From Moniliella sp. 'wahieum' (lineage: Eukaryota): a DNA stretch of 64,000 nt. The notes beneath the pieces were generated by a model. It searched no databases. It worked only from the letters and a program-made list of their open reading frames with translations, and was not told the origin of the DNA. The DNA is taken from positions 992,001 to 1,056,000 of the forward strand of contig RSEE01000009.1 in the NCBI GenBank assembly GCA_003971905.1. The letters are read 5' to 3'. The first letter of the stretch is position 1, and the number at the start of each line of letters is the position of its first letter. The translations under genes were made by a program, and so were the position numbers. Shown piece after piece: positions 12,101 to 23,342 of this stretch.

Positions 12101-12619
12101 CCAGCGTTTGTGGGCTTTAGAGACGTGGTCCAGGGCCAGGGATGCTGCGAGGGAGTTTGGGGTTGAGGGTGGGTCGGCCGGTTTGATCGGTTTGGTCGCC
12201 ATGGCCCGCAGGGGTGTGGGTGGCGTTCGCGGGTTGTGTAAGATCGTGAATTGATAGTCACTGCCGGTTACTTTTCGTAGGGTGGATCCTGGGTTACCAA
12301 GCCAGATACCCTTCTGGTGTGGGGCGAAGTATGATGCGATTCCGGTGTTCGACAGGTGTGCTACACTGACGAGATTTCGGCTGAAACGGGGCATGTATAG
12401 GCTGTTGGGGAGTTTTATCTCCATTTGGTGTCCTCCTAAGCATCGGATACGGATTGTGGCCGTGCCTCGTCCTTCCGCCTTTACATGTGTCCCGTTAGCA
12501 ACCTCTATCTCGTCGTCGCAAGGGGTCATGGATGTGAAGACGGATTTGTCTTTCCAAATGGATGGGAATGCCCCACTGTCATATAATGCCCGGATGATTC
12601 GCATTTCGCCCCCGAGTTC
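9088..12619 (-). CDS. pol: copia pol (protease, integrase, RT, RNase H), copy 1; RT/RH half frameshifted
   Basis: PR LYDSGA. IN zinc finger HKRWNH..CPTC, core VDVVD/VDD/TDNAPE/NGVAERA, SH3-like KLSARAEEGMLVGY. RT DVNAAYLNAPLEEAVY, RLKKS, TEPCLF. RNase H YTDSDLAGD, STAAAEY, NPADVLTK. Confidence 0.93.
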
Positions 12620-13867
12620 CTAGTAGTCAGCTGTGCCCGCATCAACGTCAATCACTTCAGACTCGGGAGAGCTCGCTCTCTGAGCGACGTGAGCGTTGGC
12701 TCGGCCTGGGTTGCGCGGAGGGACAACAGGTTTATTAGACGTCGCGCTGCGCCAGGGTTGGTTGGTGCGGTCTTGCCCCTTGGTCTTTGTGTCCGCGAGG
12801 TTGTCGTCGCCGGCTTTGCCCCCGCTGGAGTTTTTTCCCCCGCTGGTGGGTCGTCCCCCGCTGTCGGGTCGAGTCCAAGGCGTTCCTCCGTTGACCGGCT
12901 TGCCTCCGTTTCTCTTCCTTTCTCCACCGGGATACGTGGCGGCTGGTATGTCCATCACGGCCTGCCGTAACTTGTCTAGACTCGAGCGCTCTTCACGCTG
13001 GCGAATGCTCATGTCGCGTAAGCCGAGTAGGATCCCAGTGCGTTCCTGCTCTTCCGTAAGTGGGATGCCCGCTCGCGTCAGGCTTGCACTGATCTCTTCC
13101 ATGTAGTCGAGGTAGTCTCGACCCGATCGGTTTCCTTGGTCGGCCGAAAAGTAGCGAATGAGTAGAGGCCCTCTGTTTGCGGTAGGCGTATATCCATACC
13201 GCTGACGCAGCATGTTCAGCGTGTCCTGGGTGCATGATATTTCGTGGTGGGTGCGGATCGTCCGGAAGAGGGTTGACGGCATGGCTTCCCTAAGAAGGTT
13301 GTGCAAGCGTCTGTCGAGGTCCTCGGTGAAGTAGCGGGAGCTGCGACCATTCTGGACGACGTCGCTTGCGTGGGGGTGGGCATCTGTTATCGCGAAGAGA
13401 AATTCGTCTTCCCAAGCGCTGTAGGCGGACGGGTCTTTGTTCAGATCAGGCCACTTGATATTCTTGGTGGGAGACTCGCGTAGTGATCTGTAAAGGTCGT
13501 ACTCGGGTCGCGAGGCTGCGCCTGTAGGTGCCCCCAAAGTTGCGTTGGGTTGAGTTTCCATTTGGTGGATGTTTTGCACCACAAAATTCGTAGCCCGTCG
13601 AACCCAGTTTGTCGTGATAGACGTAGGTTCGTCCTTCCATCCAAGCCACTCGGCTCTGTCGTGTATAGCTCTGTTGATCTTCTCTTTAACGACATCGATG
13701 TCGTTCGTCTTCTTGAACCACAGGTGCGCTTCGGCGCAAAGCATCATGAGTTCCTCGTTGTCGGTGCCAATCGGTGGCGGATCGCGACCGGTTGGTGTCC
13801 AGTAATCGCGCTTGTTCACCATTGTGGTGTCGCTGACCGAGAGATCGGTGTTAGCGTTGGCGCCCAT
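12620..13867 (-). CDS. gag: copia gag, copy 1 (415 aa, ends in a UAG in frame with pol)
   Basis: Intact ORF starting 52 nt after the 5' LTR, with a helical capsid-like region (YSAWEDEF..LHNLL..LRQRYG..YLDYMEEI..ILLGL). Confidence 0.9.
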   Translation of the reverse strand: MGANANTDLSVSDTTMVNKRDYWTPTGRDPPPIGTDNEELMMLCAEAHLWFKKTNDIDVVKEKINRAIHDRAEWLGWKDEPTSITTNWVRRATNFVVQNIHQMETQPNATLGAPTGAASRPEYDLYRSLRESPTKNIKWPDLNKDPSAYSAWEDEFLFAITDAHPHASDVVQNGRSSRYFTEDLDRRLHNLLREAMPSTLFRTIRTHHEISCTQDTLNMLRQRYGYTPTANRGPLLIRYFSADQGNRSGRDYLDYMEEISASLTRAGIPLTEEQERTGILLGLRDMSIRQREERSSLDKLRQAVMDIPAATYPGGERKRNGGKPVNGGTPWTRPDSGGRPTSGGKNSSGGKAGDDNLADTKTKGQDRTNQPWRSATSNKPVVPPRNPGRANAHVAQRASSPESEVIDVDAGTADY

Positions 13868-13919
13868 GGTTGTGGGTGTAGTTTTGGCCAGCTCAGGGAT
13901 GCAGATAAGGATGTAACTC

Positions 13920-14079
13920 TGTCGGCCTCGCTACTACCACAGAATGTGAGCACTGAACGTCGTATTGGACTAAGAAGCTTCTGCGACTGACTCGTCCAGA
14001 AGACTGGTGCGAGCTCGGAAGGAATGAAAGCTGACTCACGTGACTCAGGGTCCGCGCGGTCCTAGGACGGATGTCAACA
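13920..14079 (-). repeat. 5' LTR of copia copy 1
   Basis: 160 bp, TG...CA, followed on the + strand by TSD GAGAG. Confidence 0.97.
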
Positions 14080-15369
14080 GAGAGTCAAAAAAAGCAGAAA
14101 ATAGTGTTGATAGTCCAAAGCCATCACATGTCACAGCTTTTGCCCATTTGTCCTCCACGTCTATTACCGTGGAGAGTACAGCATACGGTGGAGAAGAAGG
14201 GCTATAACCCGCTGCAGTTGGCGATCATCTGCTTGTACTGGGAGCTGTTCTCAAGGCTCGGCGCTGCTCAGACAACTTGGTTTGGCCATCTTGCAGTGTT
14301 TTCCTCCCCGCCGCATCTCGTCTTTTTCCTCACAGCTGGCTCATTGAACCCATGGGTGTACCGGATGGAGCGCACAATCTTGGGGGTCGGGCATGGTCTA
14401 GAAGCAGAATATAAAGTGGAAGAGGTACAGAACAAAAATTGAAAAAAGCACACTGGCTCTCAAACCAATGATGCAAAGGCTGCGAGTGGTTTGTTTAGCC
14501 ATGCAAAGGCTGTGTGGTTTGTTTTTTCCTACCCGGCAAGAAGCATGTTGATACGTTGATACGTTGAACGTTGATCGATGATCGATTGCCTCCACTAGTG
14601 ACGACGCCCTACTGCGATCCCTCTCCCCGACCCCATGGGGCCGGTACAGTGCCGGTGCGCAGGGCCACCCATAAGCGCTAAGCGCTAAGCGTATATCCCC
14701 CACGTGACCGGTGATCGGTGACCCCACTGCAACAGGCAGCCTCTGCAAAACGCCAGGCCGTGCCCTACAGTGCCTCTGCGCCGATTTATGAATGTCGATG
14801 ATGGATGATGCATGATGGATGATCACACCCGAGTTCTCGAGTGCATGACTGCTCTAGTGCTCGTCGATCACTTCGCGATCGACCAACACCGCTAGTGCGG
14901 ACACACTCGGCGACGACGGGGCCAGCCATGCGGGCAGTGTCGTGTGCATCCTGTTGGTCCCTGGAACTGCACAATGCTTGAGCTGCCCCCCTGCTGCTTC
15001 CGTGCAGGAAGAATACTGTCCTGCCATCCTGCCGCGCGTGCCTAGTGACTTGTTGAATTTGCGCGCTCTTCTAGGCCTGTGTGGGATTTGCACCCAGGGA
15101 CTGCAACCCAGGGACCGTGTCCAACGTCCTCCATTCCCAGCCCTGCCCAGTTCTGCGCAGTCGCTACCCCTGCGCAGTCGGTTATGCCTTTGGCACATGG
15201 TACAGGCCTCAGCCTCAGCCGCAGGTGTGTCAGGTTGGTTTCTGGGTTACAGGCCCAACGTAGCTGACCCAAACCCCCGCTCTCCGCCGTTCCTGTCTTG
15301 CTTCACCACCACCTTCTCTTCTTAATACCCTGCTCGGGTAACGCGGTAACGAGCCATCCCTCTGCCACC

Positions 15370-16300
15370 ATGAAGTTCGTGCTTGTCCTCGCCCTGGCAA
15401 TGGCCTCTTCATTGGCTGCGGCGTCGGAAGAGCTGCTGTCTCCTGGTGAGGCCCGTGCGGTTGACCGCAAGCACCACAACGAGCTGGCTCTGGAGAAGCG
15501 CTACAAGGTCTACGCGGGGGTCGAGGAACCTATTATTCAGGCAGCTCCTTGGTGCGTTCCTTTCTCAATCTTCTCTATTCATTGGTTGTCCTGTCGTCGT
15601 TGATGCACTCGTTACTCACCTCCTTCTGTTCGACTGTTTGTGCAAATAGGACAACCCGTATTGTGGTGGCTGGGTCTCGGACAACTCCATGGCTGTTGCA
15701 GTACCCCCAGCTCTCCGGCCAAGTGCGGGGAACTCGTACATATTCGTAAGTCCTTCCTCATCTTGGCCTCTCGAAGCTATCCATGAGATCGAGCAATGCT
15801 GGCACGGTGATATGCAGGCTTGCTTCCGCCCCTATGCTGGAAGAATTGATGCTAACCCGTTTCACTTTCACAGATTAGTTCGTATTGCTACCTTCCCCCT
15901 TGCCCAGTGTTTTTACTTGTTTTTCTCTCGCTTTTGTCCTTTTCATCTCCTGCTTTCCCCTGGCCCTCTACTGACCGTGTTCTATCAACAGCCACGACAA
16001 AATGGTCGCGGCCCGTGTGCGCGATCGGTGCGCGTCATGCAAAAACGCTCACAGGTAAGTCCCCTATTCGTTTTGGGCGAGGCCTGAGCAGGCTGCAAAC
16101 GCTCTGTTTTGTTTCGTCAGATCCCGACCTGCCATGGTGCATGAGATTTGCTCGTTCGCACCCTGTGACGAGGACGCTAAACGCTAACCAAATTGGGGTC
16201 TTGTTTCAGCCTCGACATGACCAAGGCCGTCTTCAGGGAACTGGCACCCCTCTCCCAAGGAGTGATTCACCCCATTCGATTCCGAATCATGCGCGACTAA
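15370..16300 (+). CDS. Small secreted RlpA-like double-psi beta-barrel (expansin/loosenin-like) protein, 5 exons
   Basis: Exons 15370-15551, 15650-15745, 15874-15877, 15992-16054 and 16210-16300, all flanked by GT..AG. Adding one base in each of two short homopolymers (about 15516 and 15719) gives signal peptide MKFVLVLALAMASSLAAA, Kex2-like EKR, then GRGTYYSG..PYCGG..SDNSMAVAV..KCGELVHIHYHDKMVAARVRDRCASC..SLDMTKAVFRELAPLSQGVI, the DPBB signature. Confidence 0.85.
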
Positions 16301-18481
16301 ACTAGTCTGACACCGCCACCGCCTTTGCTCCTCGTGACTCGGGCCTGTCGCATCACATCTACATCCCTGCCTTGGCTGTCGTCTACCCACGCTCATTTAG
16401 TACCCATTACTGTCTCTCACTGTGCTACCTGTGCCCGATCCGCTCCGGACGGCCACTCCTTCCCGGTTCCGTTGGGTCGCTATCGCGTCTCACCAACTCG
16501 AGTTCGTTCATTATCTGGTCTCTTTTGTTTCTTCAAGGCATTCGTCACCTTTGTGTATGGGTACGCCCGCCAGTTCTTCGTTTTTGGTCTTCAGTCTGTT
16601 GGGCTGGCCCAACGCTGCCTGCATCTTTCGCTCTCAGTGTACTTGGGGCTTACGATTTACCTCCTGGCGAAGTCGGCTACAGGTTCCGCTTTCTCGGTTC
16701 CTTCGCCTTCAGTTTGATGGCGCTCTGCGCGATCGATTATGTGTTTTAGTTGGTTTATTGCGTTTATTGCGGTTCTTTCTTCTCTTCTTCAATTCCCTCT
16801 TTTCTTGCCTCTTGATGGGGCTTTTCTGCTTTTTTTGTCCTTTCACTCTTCGTTCGTCGCCCATACATTAGGCAACCTGTTTCCCGTGATGGCTTCCTCC
16901 CTGTCGCCATAGGTACTTAGTACGGTGCTTTTTCTACTGCCCCCATTTCCATCCTATGCTTTGTTGCACTCGAAGCCCAAATGAAAAAAGTTCCTTCGAC
17001 GGACTCCTGAGGCTTGCCGGATGCCTGGTGCACTGATAGATGCGCGTCCCCCGGTTGCAACCGACTATTCCTTGCTCAATACCGCAATTATAGTGTCCGT
17101 CGTTGAAAGATCAGCTTCATTTTTATGCGACGGTAGGATTTTCGTCGAACATCTCTCGTGTCCAAAGCAGCTGGTGGATGCGGCTTGGGCCTGTACCCTC
17201 AGCCTCAGTCTCAGGTGCATTACGCCAGCGTGCCCTGTACAGATCATGGCACGGCTAAAAAGCCAACAGAGCTGCTGAAGTTTGCTTCGGTCAGCTTCAC
17301 GACGCAAGGTAGTTCAACACGTCGGTATGCGTTGTGCTTGATATGAGTTGTCGGCACGCGGCCTTGTGTGTTTGTCAAGTTTCTGCGTAATCGGTTGATT
17401 GTTATTAGTTTGGGGCGACAAAAGGCCAAGGACGGGGGCCTCCTGGATTCCCTTTGACAGGGCGATGCGAGTGTACGCATTATACCTGGCAGGGTGGACG
17501 CTTACGAATTGGCGTGCTTGAGCATTCATCGTGCAATTGGTGCCTGGGACGACGGGTGCTGGTGTAGGAGGTGAGGCTCTCTCTCTGTCTATGGACATGA
17601 ACGACAGCCGCATGTGTTGGCGCAACGCGTGGGCCCGGTGGGAAGGAACATGCTGTCGCCTGTCACGTGTTCGGGCACGCTTGATCACGTGTTGCATGAG
17701 CGCCATGTGGCGCCTGTCGGGGCTGGGAGATCGGAAGCACGCAGGAGGGGCAGGAGTGGTTCGAGCGCCGCGGGGTCCCCAGGGCTCCGCACAGGGTGCA
17801 CAGGCTAGCACAGCGCCAGTCGGCGCCACAGCAACGTGCGGCGGTGCGGACATGAAATTTCTGCGCTGCGTTCCCGTACTAACTGGCATGCGGCCTGCTG
17901 CGGCCTGCTGCTGCTGGCATGCGGCTGGTATGCGGCTTAGCTAACCACGGCTGGCGCTCTGGCCGACCGCAGCCACTGCCTGAGGCTCAGGCGCTGAATA
18001 CTCCGACTGGCTGAGTGCGTGGCTGAGCCCCAGCGCTGACGCGCTGACATGGCCTCAAGAGCCGCCGCCCGGGAGCAGCCCCAGGCCCCAAGGCGCACAC
18101 GGGTCCGAGTGACGCCCAAGGCACCGCAGAGCGCACGGCGTATACATGCACCACGCTCTGGCGCTGGGCAGCTGAGCTGAGCACTGCCTGCTGCTGCCGC
18201 TGCTGCGTGGCTGCGTCGGCCGGTGGTGCCTTGGCTGGATGCGTGCGGGTCACTGCACCCGTGCCCGCACATTTAAGCTTGCAGCTCCCGCTCCAGCCGC
18301 ACGCCTGCTGGCCCAACCAGTCACTACTCTTGCTCCGCCTCCGTCCGTGCTGCCTGGCCCACCACCTCCTCTTCCTCCGCCTCCTCCGTCTCCCTCTCCC
18401 CCCCCCTCCTCTTCTCCCTGCTCCCCGCCTCTCTCGCCCCTCCTCTCACACCGCCTCGTCCTCTTCCTCCCTCTCTCCGCC

Positions 18482-20137
18482 ATGGCTGCGCCTGTCGCCG
18501 ACCCCACCTCTGTCGCCGCCCCCACTTTCCCCCCCGCCCTGGCCATCCCTGCATCACCTGCCGATGCCGCTGACTCGGACTCTGCCTACACCCCAGACTC
18601 GCATCCCCCCGACCTCGACCCCACAACGCCTCTCAGCCTGCGCGCCCTCGTTACGTCCAAGGAGGCCGGCATCATCATTGGCCGTGGCGGCCAACACGTC
18701 GCTGAGCTGCGCGAAAAAACGGGGGTCAAGGCCGGGGTGAGCAAGGCTGTACCGCATGTACACCGCGTGCTTACCGTTTCAGGCACCCTTGAATCGGTTG
18801 CGGAAGCATTCCGTCTCATTGCCCAGGCCTTCATTGATACTGCCCAGCTGGCCACCCAGCCCGCCACCACCTCCACCTCATCCGCGTCTGTCCCAAGTCC
18901 TGCCACGGCAGAGACCGACCTGGCTCCTCCGTCCCTTGACATTGAATCGGTGCCCCAACCCCCTCCCGCATCTCTTGACGATAAAAACGCCGAGGTGGAT
19001 GCTGTAGCGGCAGATGCCTCTTCCCCTTCGGCTGCAACTTCAGACACCCCAGCATCCTCCCCAGCAACTCGATCGGTGCTCTCTTCGACAGGCGTGACCA
19101 CGATCCGTTTGCTGATTTCGCATGCACTCATGGGTGCTGTGATTGGCAAGCAGGGCATCACAATCAAGGCCATTCAGGAAACGTCGGGAACGCGTATGGT
19201 GGCGACCAAGGGCATGCTACCCAACTCGACCGAGCGTGTTGTGGATATCACTGGCACTGCCTCGGCGATTGAACATGCCATCACAGACGTGGGCAAGTAC
19301 ATTGCTTCGGACTGGGAACGTGCTCAAGGCACTGTCTTTTACGAGCCGGACTCGCCTGATGGAGCAGCAGCGCTGGTCGCTGGACTGCCCGTCGGCGTTT
19401 CTCCCCTTGCGTATGGCGGGCGCGGGGTTGGTCCCCGTCGTTCGGGCAAAGGCCGGGGAAACGAGTATCCAGCTGCTGCCGGTATGCCAGGTCTTCCGCT
19501 GGCCTTCCTTCCCCTGGTTATGGCTCCCTGTCTCCCATTCCGACCACCCTTGCTGGCGGCGTCGACATGCTGGCGTCGGCAGCAGCCATCCCTATGCTGC
19601 GCATGTAGCATCGATGCAGCATCAGCGCGTTTTTGCCCCGACGGGCATCCCGGCCGGATCGGAAACCTCACCGGCAGCGTAGCTACTGCGGCATCACAAG
19701 GTGCAGCCGTCGCCCCCGGCGGAGGCTTTGTTGCTGGTGGAGTGACGGGTCAAGGGCCACTGACAGCGCCTGCGGTGATTGATGCAGCTAACATGCGCAC
19801 ACAAAATATTGCCATCCCCCGACATGGTTGGCTGTATCATTGGCAAGGGAGGCTCGAAGATTACTGAGATCCGTCGTCTTAGTGGCTCGCGCATTTCGAT
19901 CGCCAAGATCGCGCACGATGAAAGCGGGGAGCGTCTGTTCACCATCCAGGGAACACCTGCATCAAATGAGAAGGCTCTCTACTTGCTGTACAACCAAGTA
20001 CGTGTTTCCCCCCCTTTTGGTTTGGTTCCTCGCTTGGGGTTGCCTGAATATTGACCCATACTTGGCTGCCTAGCTTGAAACCGAAAAGGAGCGACGGCAA
20101 GCGGCCGCTGTGGCACAGGACCAGCCACGACGCCTAA
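18482..20137 (+). CDS. Triple-KH-domain RNA-binding protein (Rnc1/Pbp2/hnRNP-K-like)
   Basis: Three GxxG KH motifs: IIIGRGG, AVIGKQG, CIIGKGG. Intron 19998-20073 (GTACGT..TAG) is followed by LETEKERR. Stop position is approximate because of indels. Confidence 0.9.
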
Positions 20138-21463
20138 TCTCGTTCGATCCCCGGCGCCATAATGTTGCTATCCGCCTTGATGCATGTTATGTACGAACCG
20201 CAATAACCGCTATGCCTCCTCTCTTCTTGCTCGCTGGGCCTGGGCGGCCGGCCCCTGTGCTGGGAAGGTTGGGCGTCTCCCTCCAGTTGACTTGCTTGCC
20301 ATGCTCACGTTTAACTGCCTCACTCGTTCCCACGTTTCTTCCCCTGCCTTTGTGGACCTTTACCCCACCGTCACCGCCGCTGTTCTCACCCGGAGGTCTC
20401 CCTCCCCCCGCCGCCTTTTCCCCCGCCAATTGTGCTTCCCCTCACAGTGCGCCATCGGGTAACATCCGGTTACTTTTTCTTGATGTGTTCTGCCGTCTCC
20501 TTCTGTCTTCTGATCTCGATCAACGTGAGGGAAGTTGCCTGTCACATTGTTCCTCCCCCTTGCCTGATGCACTGTAGTGATCACCCTCACCTCACCTCGT
20601 ACAGGGGGTTCAGGCACTGAAAATATGATCGATTCAATATTCACCCCCTTGTTGATGCAGAATGAAGGAAAGAGGGCACGCATCAAGGTCCAGATCTTGC
20701 TTCGGGACGTTGTCTGGCAGCTTGAGATGTAGTCTATCCTGATGGACCGTTGTCTCGCTTCCACAACACACACGTGACCAGACAACTTAGGAACGGCCAG
20801 AGAGACTGAGGCTGGCGCCTCCACTACACAGAAGGAGCCCCCCCACCGAGGTGCGCATGCGTTCGTCGCCAATAGCTTCAAGTGCTGTTGCCTGCCCATC
20901 ATGCTCTTCAGTCTTCCCTGCTTGGATCCATCTCGTGTGAGCATATGAGTTTGCGATCTACCGGCACAAGCTATTGGTCCAATGAAATTTCAATGGCCAG
21001 CGCATGGACCTGGTTATTGACTGCGCTATGGATATTGCCACAGCACTCTGGGCGCGGGGGCGCAGAGAGGGTCGAAGGAGGATCTATGCGAGCTGGGCGC
21101 GGGGGAGGCTGCCACCCGCCTGTCCTGTTCGGGCAGGTAAGCACACACTTTTAGTGCCGAGCGGGCGTAGCGCTGAGCCTCTGCGCGTACCTGCTCCCTC
21201 GCACTCTGTCCCAGCCCCCTCGACGCGCCCCCCACGCCTCACTCACCGTTGGAGTTCAACCGGCATTCCAGTCCAACACCACCCAGAGCCAGAACCAGTG
21301 CCAGAGCCTGTCCACCTCCCACCACCACCACTCCTCCACTCTTCTTCCGTCCCTTGCCCCCCTTCGTTGTCACACCCCGCTGCCGCTGCCTCCATCGTTT
21401 CGTCTGCGACGCATCATAGCTCATTTACGCAGTGCTGGAAAGATGACCTCGGGCGGAGGCATC

Positions 21464-22572
21464 ATGGGCGGCCAGCCAAGCTATTCGGGCGAGTTGATAG
21501 AAGGGCCGGCCGATGGAAGAGTCAGACGGATCCATGTCCTCTCCTTTGGACCATCCTTCTAGCTCGTCGCGCCGAGGCTTCAGTTGGCTTCGCATTGGCC
21601 CACCTCCTATGCCCTGATGTACGTCGTTTGCCCCTTGTCTCAATCCGTGCAGCATGCTGATTTGGTGGCGCCTGGATTAGGAACCCCCGCCGAGCTGTGG
21701 ACCTTGGTTGCTCAAATCACACTTTCCTTTATCCTGCTCATCTGTGCAGCGGCGCTCGTTGGGTTTCAGGCCAAGTGGCTCGGCCACCCCAGCGGCTTGA
21801 GTGGGTTCCTACTGTTTGTCTCGCTGTTTAGCTTGGTGCTGAGCAGCATCTTGCTAGGTCTGCCCCTGCTGGCCGTTCGCAAGCCTGCGCAGTCCAAAGC
21901 TGCCCGGTTCCTGCGCGAAGGCCGCGCCGGCTGCATCTTGCGTGGCGTCCCGTTGGCATTCACATTTTTTGCCGCTATGGCCCAGGCCATCTCGACGGGC
22001 GTGGCCAAAGGATGCAAGAACCATGCTGCCGACACGGGGGTGCTGAAAAAGGGGATGGACAAGGAAGCGTACCAACGTGCGCTGGGCAGCTTTTGTGCAT
22101 CCAAAGTTGCCGCTGCAATCTTTGTGTGGTTTTTGCTCGCTGCGTCAACCGGGTCACTGGTCCTGTTCTTGCTTGCCTACCGCGCCGATCGGTCTGGCGG
22201 ACAGCACCGTCCGCCCCGCCAGGCCGCCGCTGGGATCGATGGCCACGTAGCGGAGGAAGGGTACTATGGGCATGAGGAGCACGATGTGGAACGGACCCTG
22301 GGTGCGCCGGCCCACTTTTTGCCTGCTTCAGCTTCTACCCAGCGCCGGTACGATGCCTACGATCCCGGTCGCGAGAGGAAGAGGAGGATCAGGATCGTGG
22401 ATTCGACCAAGATGCGTATGAGTTCAAGTACGAACCCGAGAGTGAGATGGACGAGTATGCGTACTATGCCTCGCGCTATGGCCAGGACGCCCAGGGGCCG
22501 GGCACCAGTCGTTTGACTATGGCGCTTACGCTGCCTCGCCTCGGTTCCGTTGACCGTACAGGGCGGATTTGA
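21464..22572 (+). CDS. Four-TM MARVEL-like membrane protein
   Basis: ORF 21584..22516 has four hydrophobic helices, a GCK...FC luminal loop before KVAAAIFVWF, and an acidic/Tyr-rich tail. A probable intron starts GTACGT at about 21619. Both ends are approximate. Confidence 0.6.
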
Positions 22573-23342
22573 TTCGGCCGTGGCAGCACCCCACTTACGC
22601 CCTTGCTTTACCTGCAGGGGCTTTGTGCCCTGCGGGCGAGGGGTTGCTGCAATGGTGGGCCATGCACTTGTGGCCCGTGTATAGTTAATTCGTCGGTTCC
22701 GTTGAGCTCGTGTACTAGTCATGTTCCTTTTGTTCCTCCTAATCGACATTCGCTTCCGATTCGCATTTACCGCGAGGGAGAGAGGGAAATGGAGAGTATA
22801 TATTCTGCAGGTGTAGTAACAGGGTACATAGGAGTGCCAACATCCGCCAAGTGCCTAGACTGCCCTACCCTCGACCCACGCGTCTCTACTGCAGTGAGAG
22901 ACGCGACACAGGCAGTAAGTACAGGTTTAGCAAACGAGTCTCCCCCCCGTTTCGCAATCCAAACGGACCATCCAACCGAGGGAGCAAAAGACCAAGGGAG
23001 GACTTTGGGCAAGTCGTTGGCCACACAGGCAGGAGGAAGGCTGCGAAGATCAACGTACATCTCCAGAGGGCAGTGGACATCAGGGATCAATCGCCATGGG
23101 AACTACATCACTGTTAGCAGGTTCAGGGCTAGGTGCAGAAGACAAAGCCAGGGATCATGCAATCATGGATCATGAATCATGGATCATGCTGCATGGGAAG
23201 GGAATCAGGACAAAGATATGATATATGACGGCACGAGGCATCATGCCGCCCGGCCGCCAGGGCGTAGGCGGGACCTCTAAGAACAAAAGGGGGAGCAAAA
23301 TGGGAGCAAAAGGGAGTGCGTGATGGACACGGCGAAGGGAAT

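Larger units (their letters stand above)
9039..14079 (-). mobile_element. Full-length Ty1/copia LTR retrotransposon, copy 1 (5041 bp)
   Basis: TG...CA LTRs at 9039-9195 and 13920-14079. 5-bp TSD GAGAG (9034-9038 and 14080-14084). Domain order gag-PR-IN-RT-RH. G-run PPT abuts the 3' LTR. Confidence 0.97.

Noticed and set aside
12620..12622. Genome-wide UAG reassignment as the explanation for the gag-pol stop
   Set aside because: The host stops I could assign are TAA or TGA, but the sample is small. I saw no in-frame TAG at conserved positions in host genes, and pol in copy 2 appears to end in TAG.
15073..15145. tRNA-like T-arm (TGGG-TGCAAAT-CCCA on the minus strand)
   Set aside because: The acceptor, D and anticodon stems do not close. 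A local duplication of GTCCCTGGGT(T)GCA explains it.
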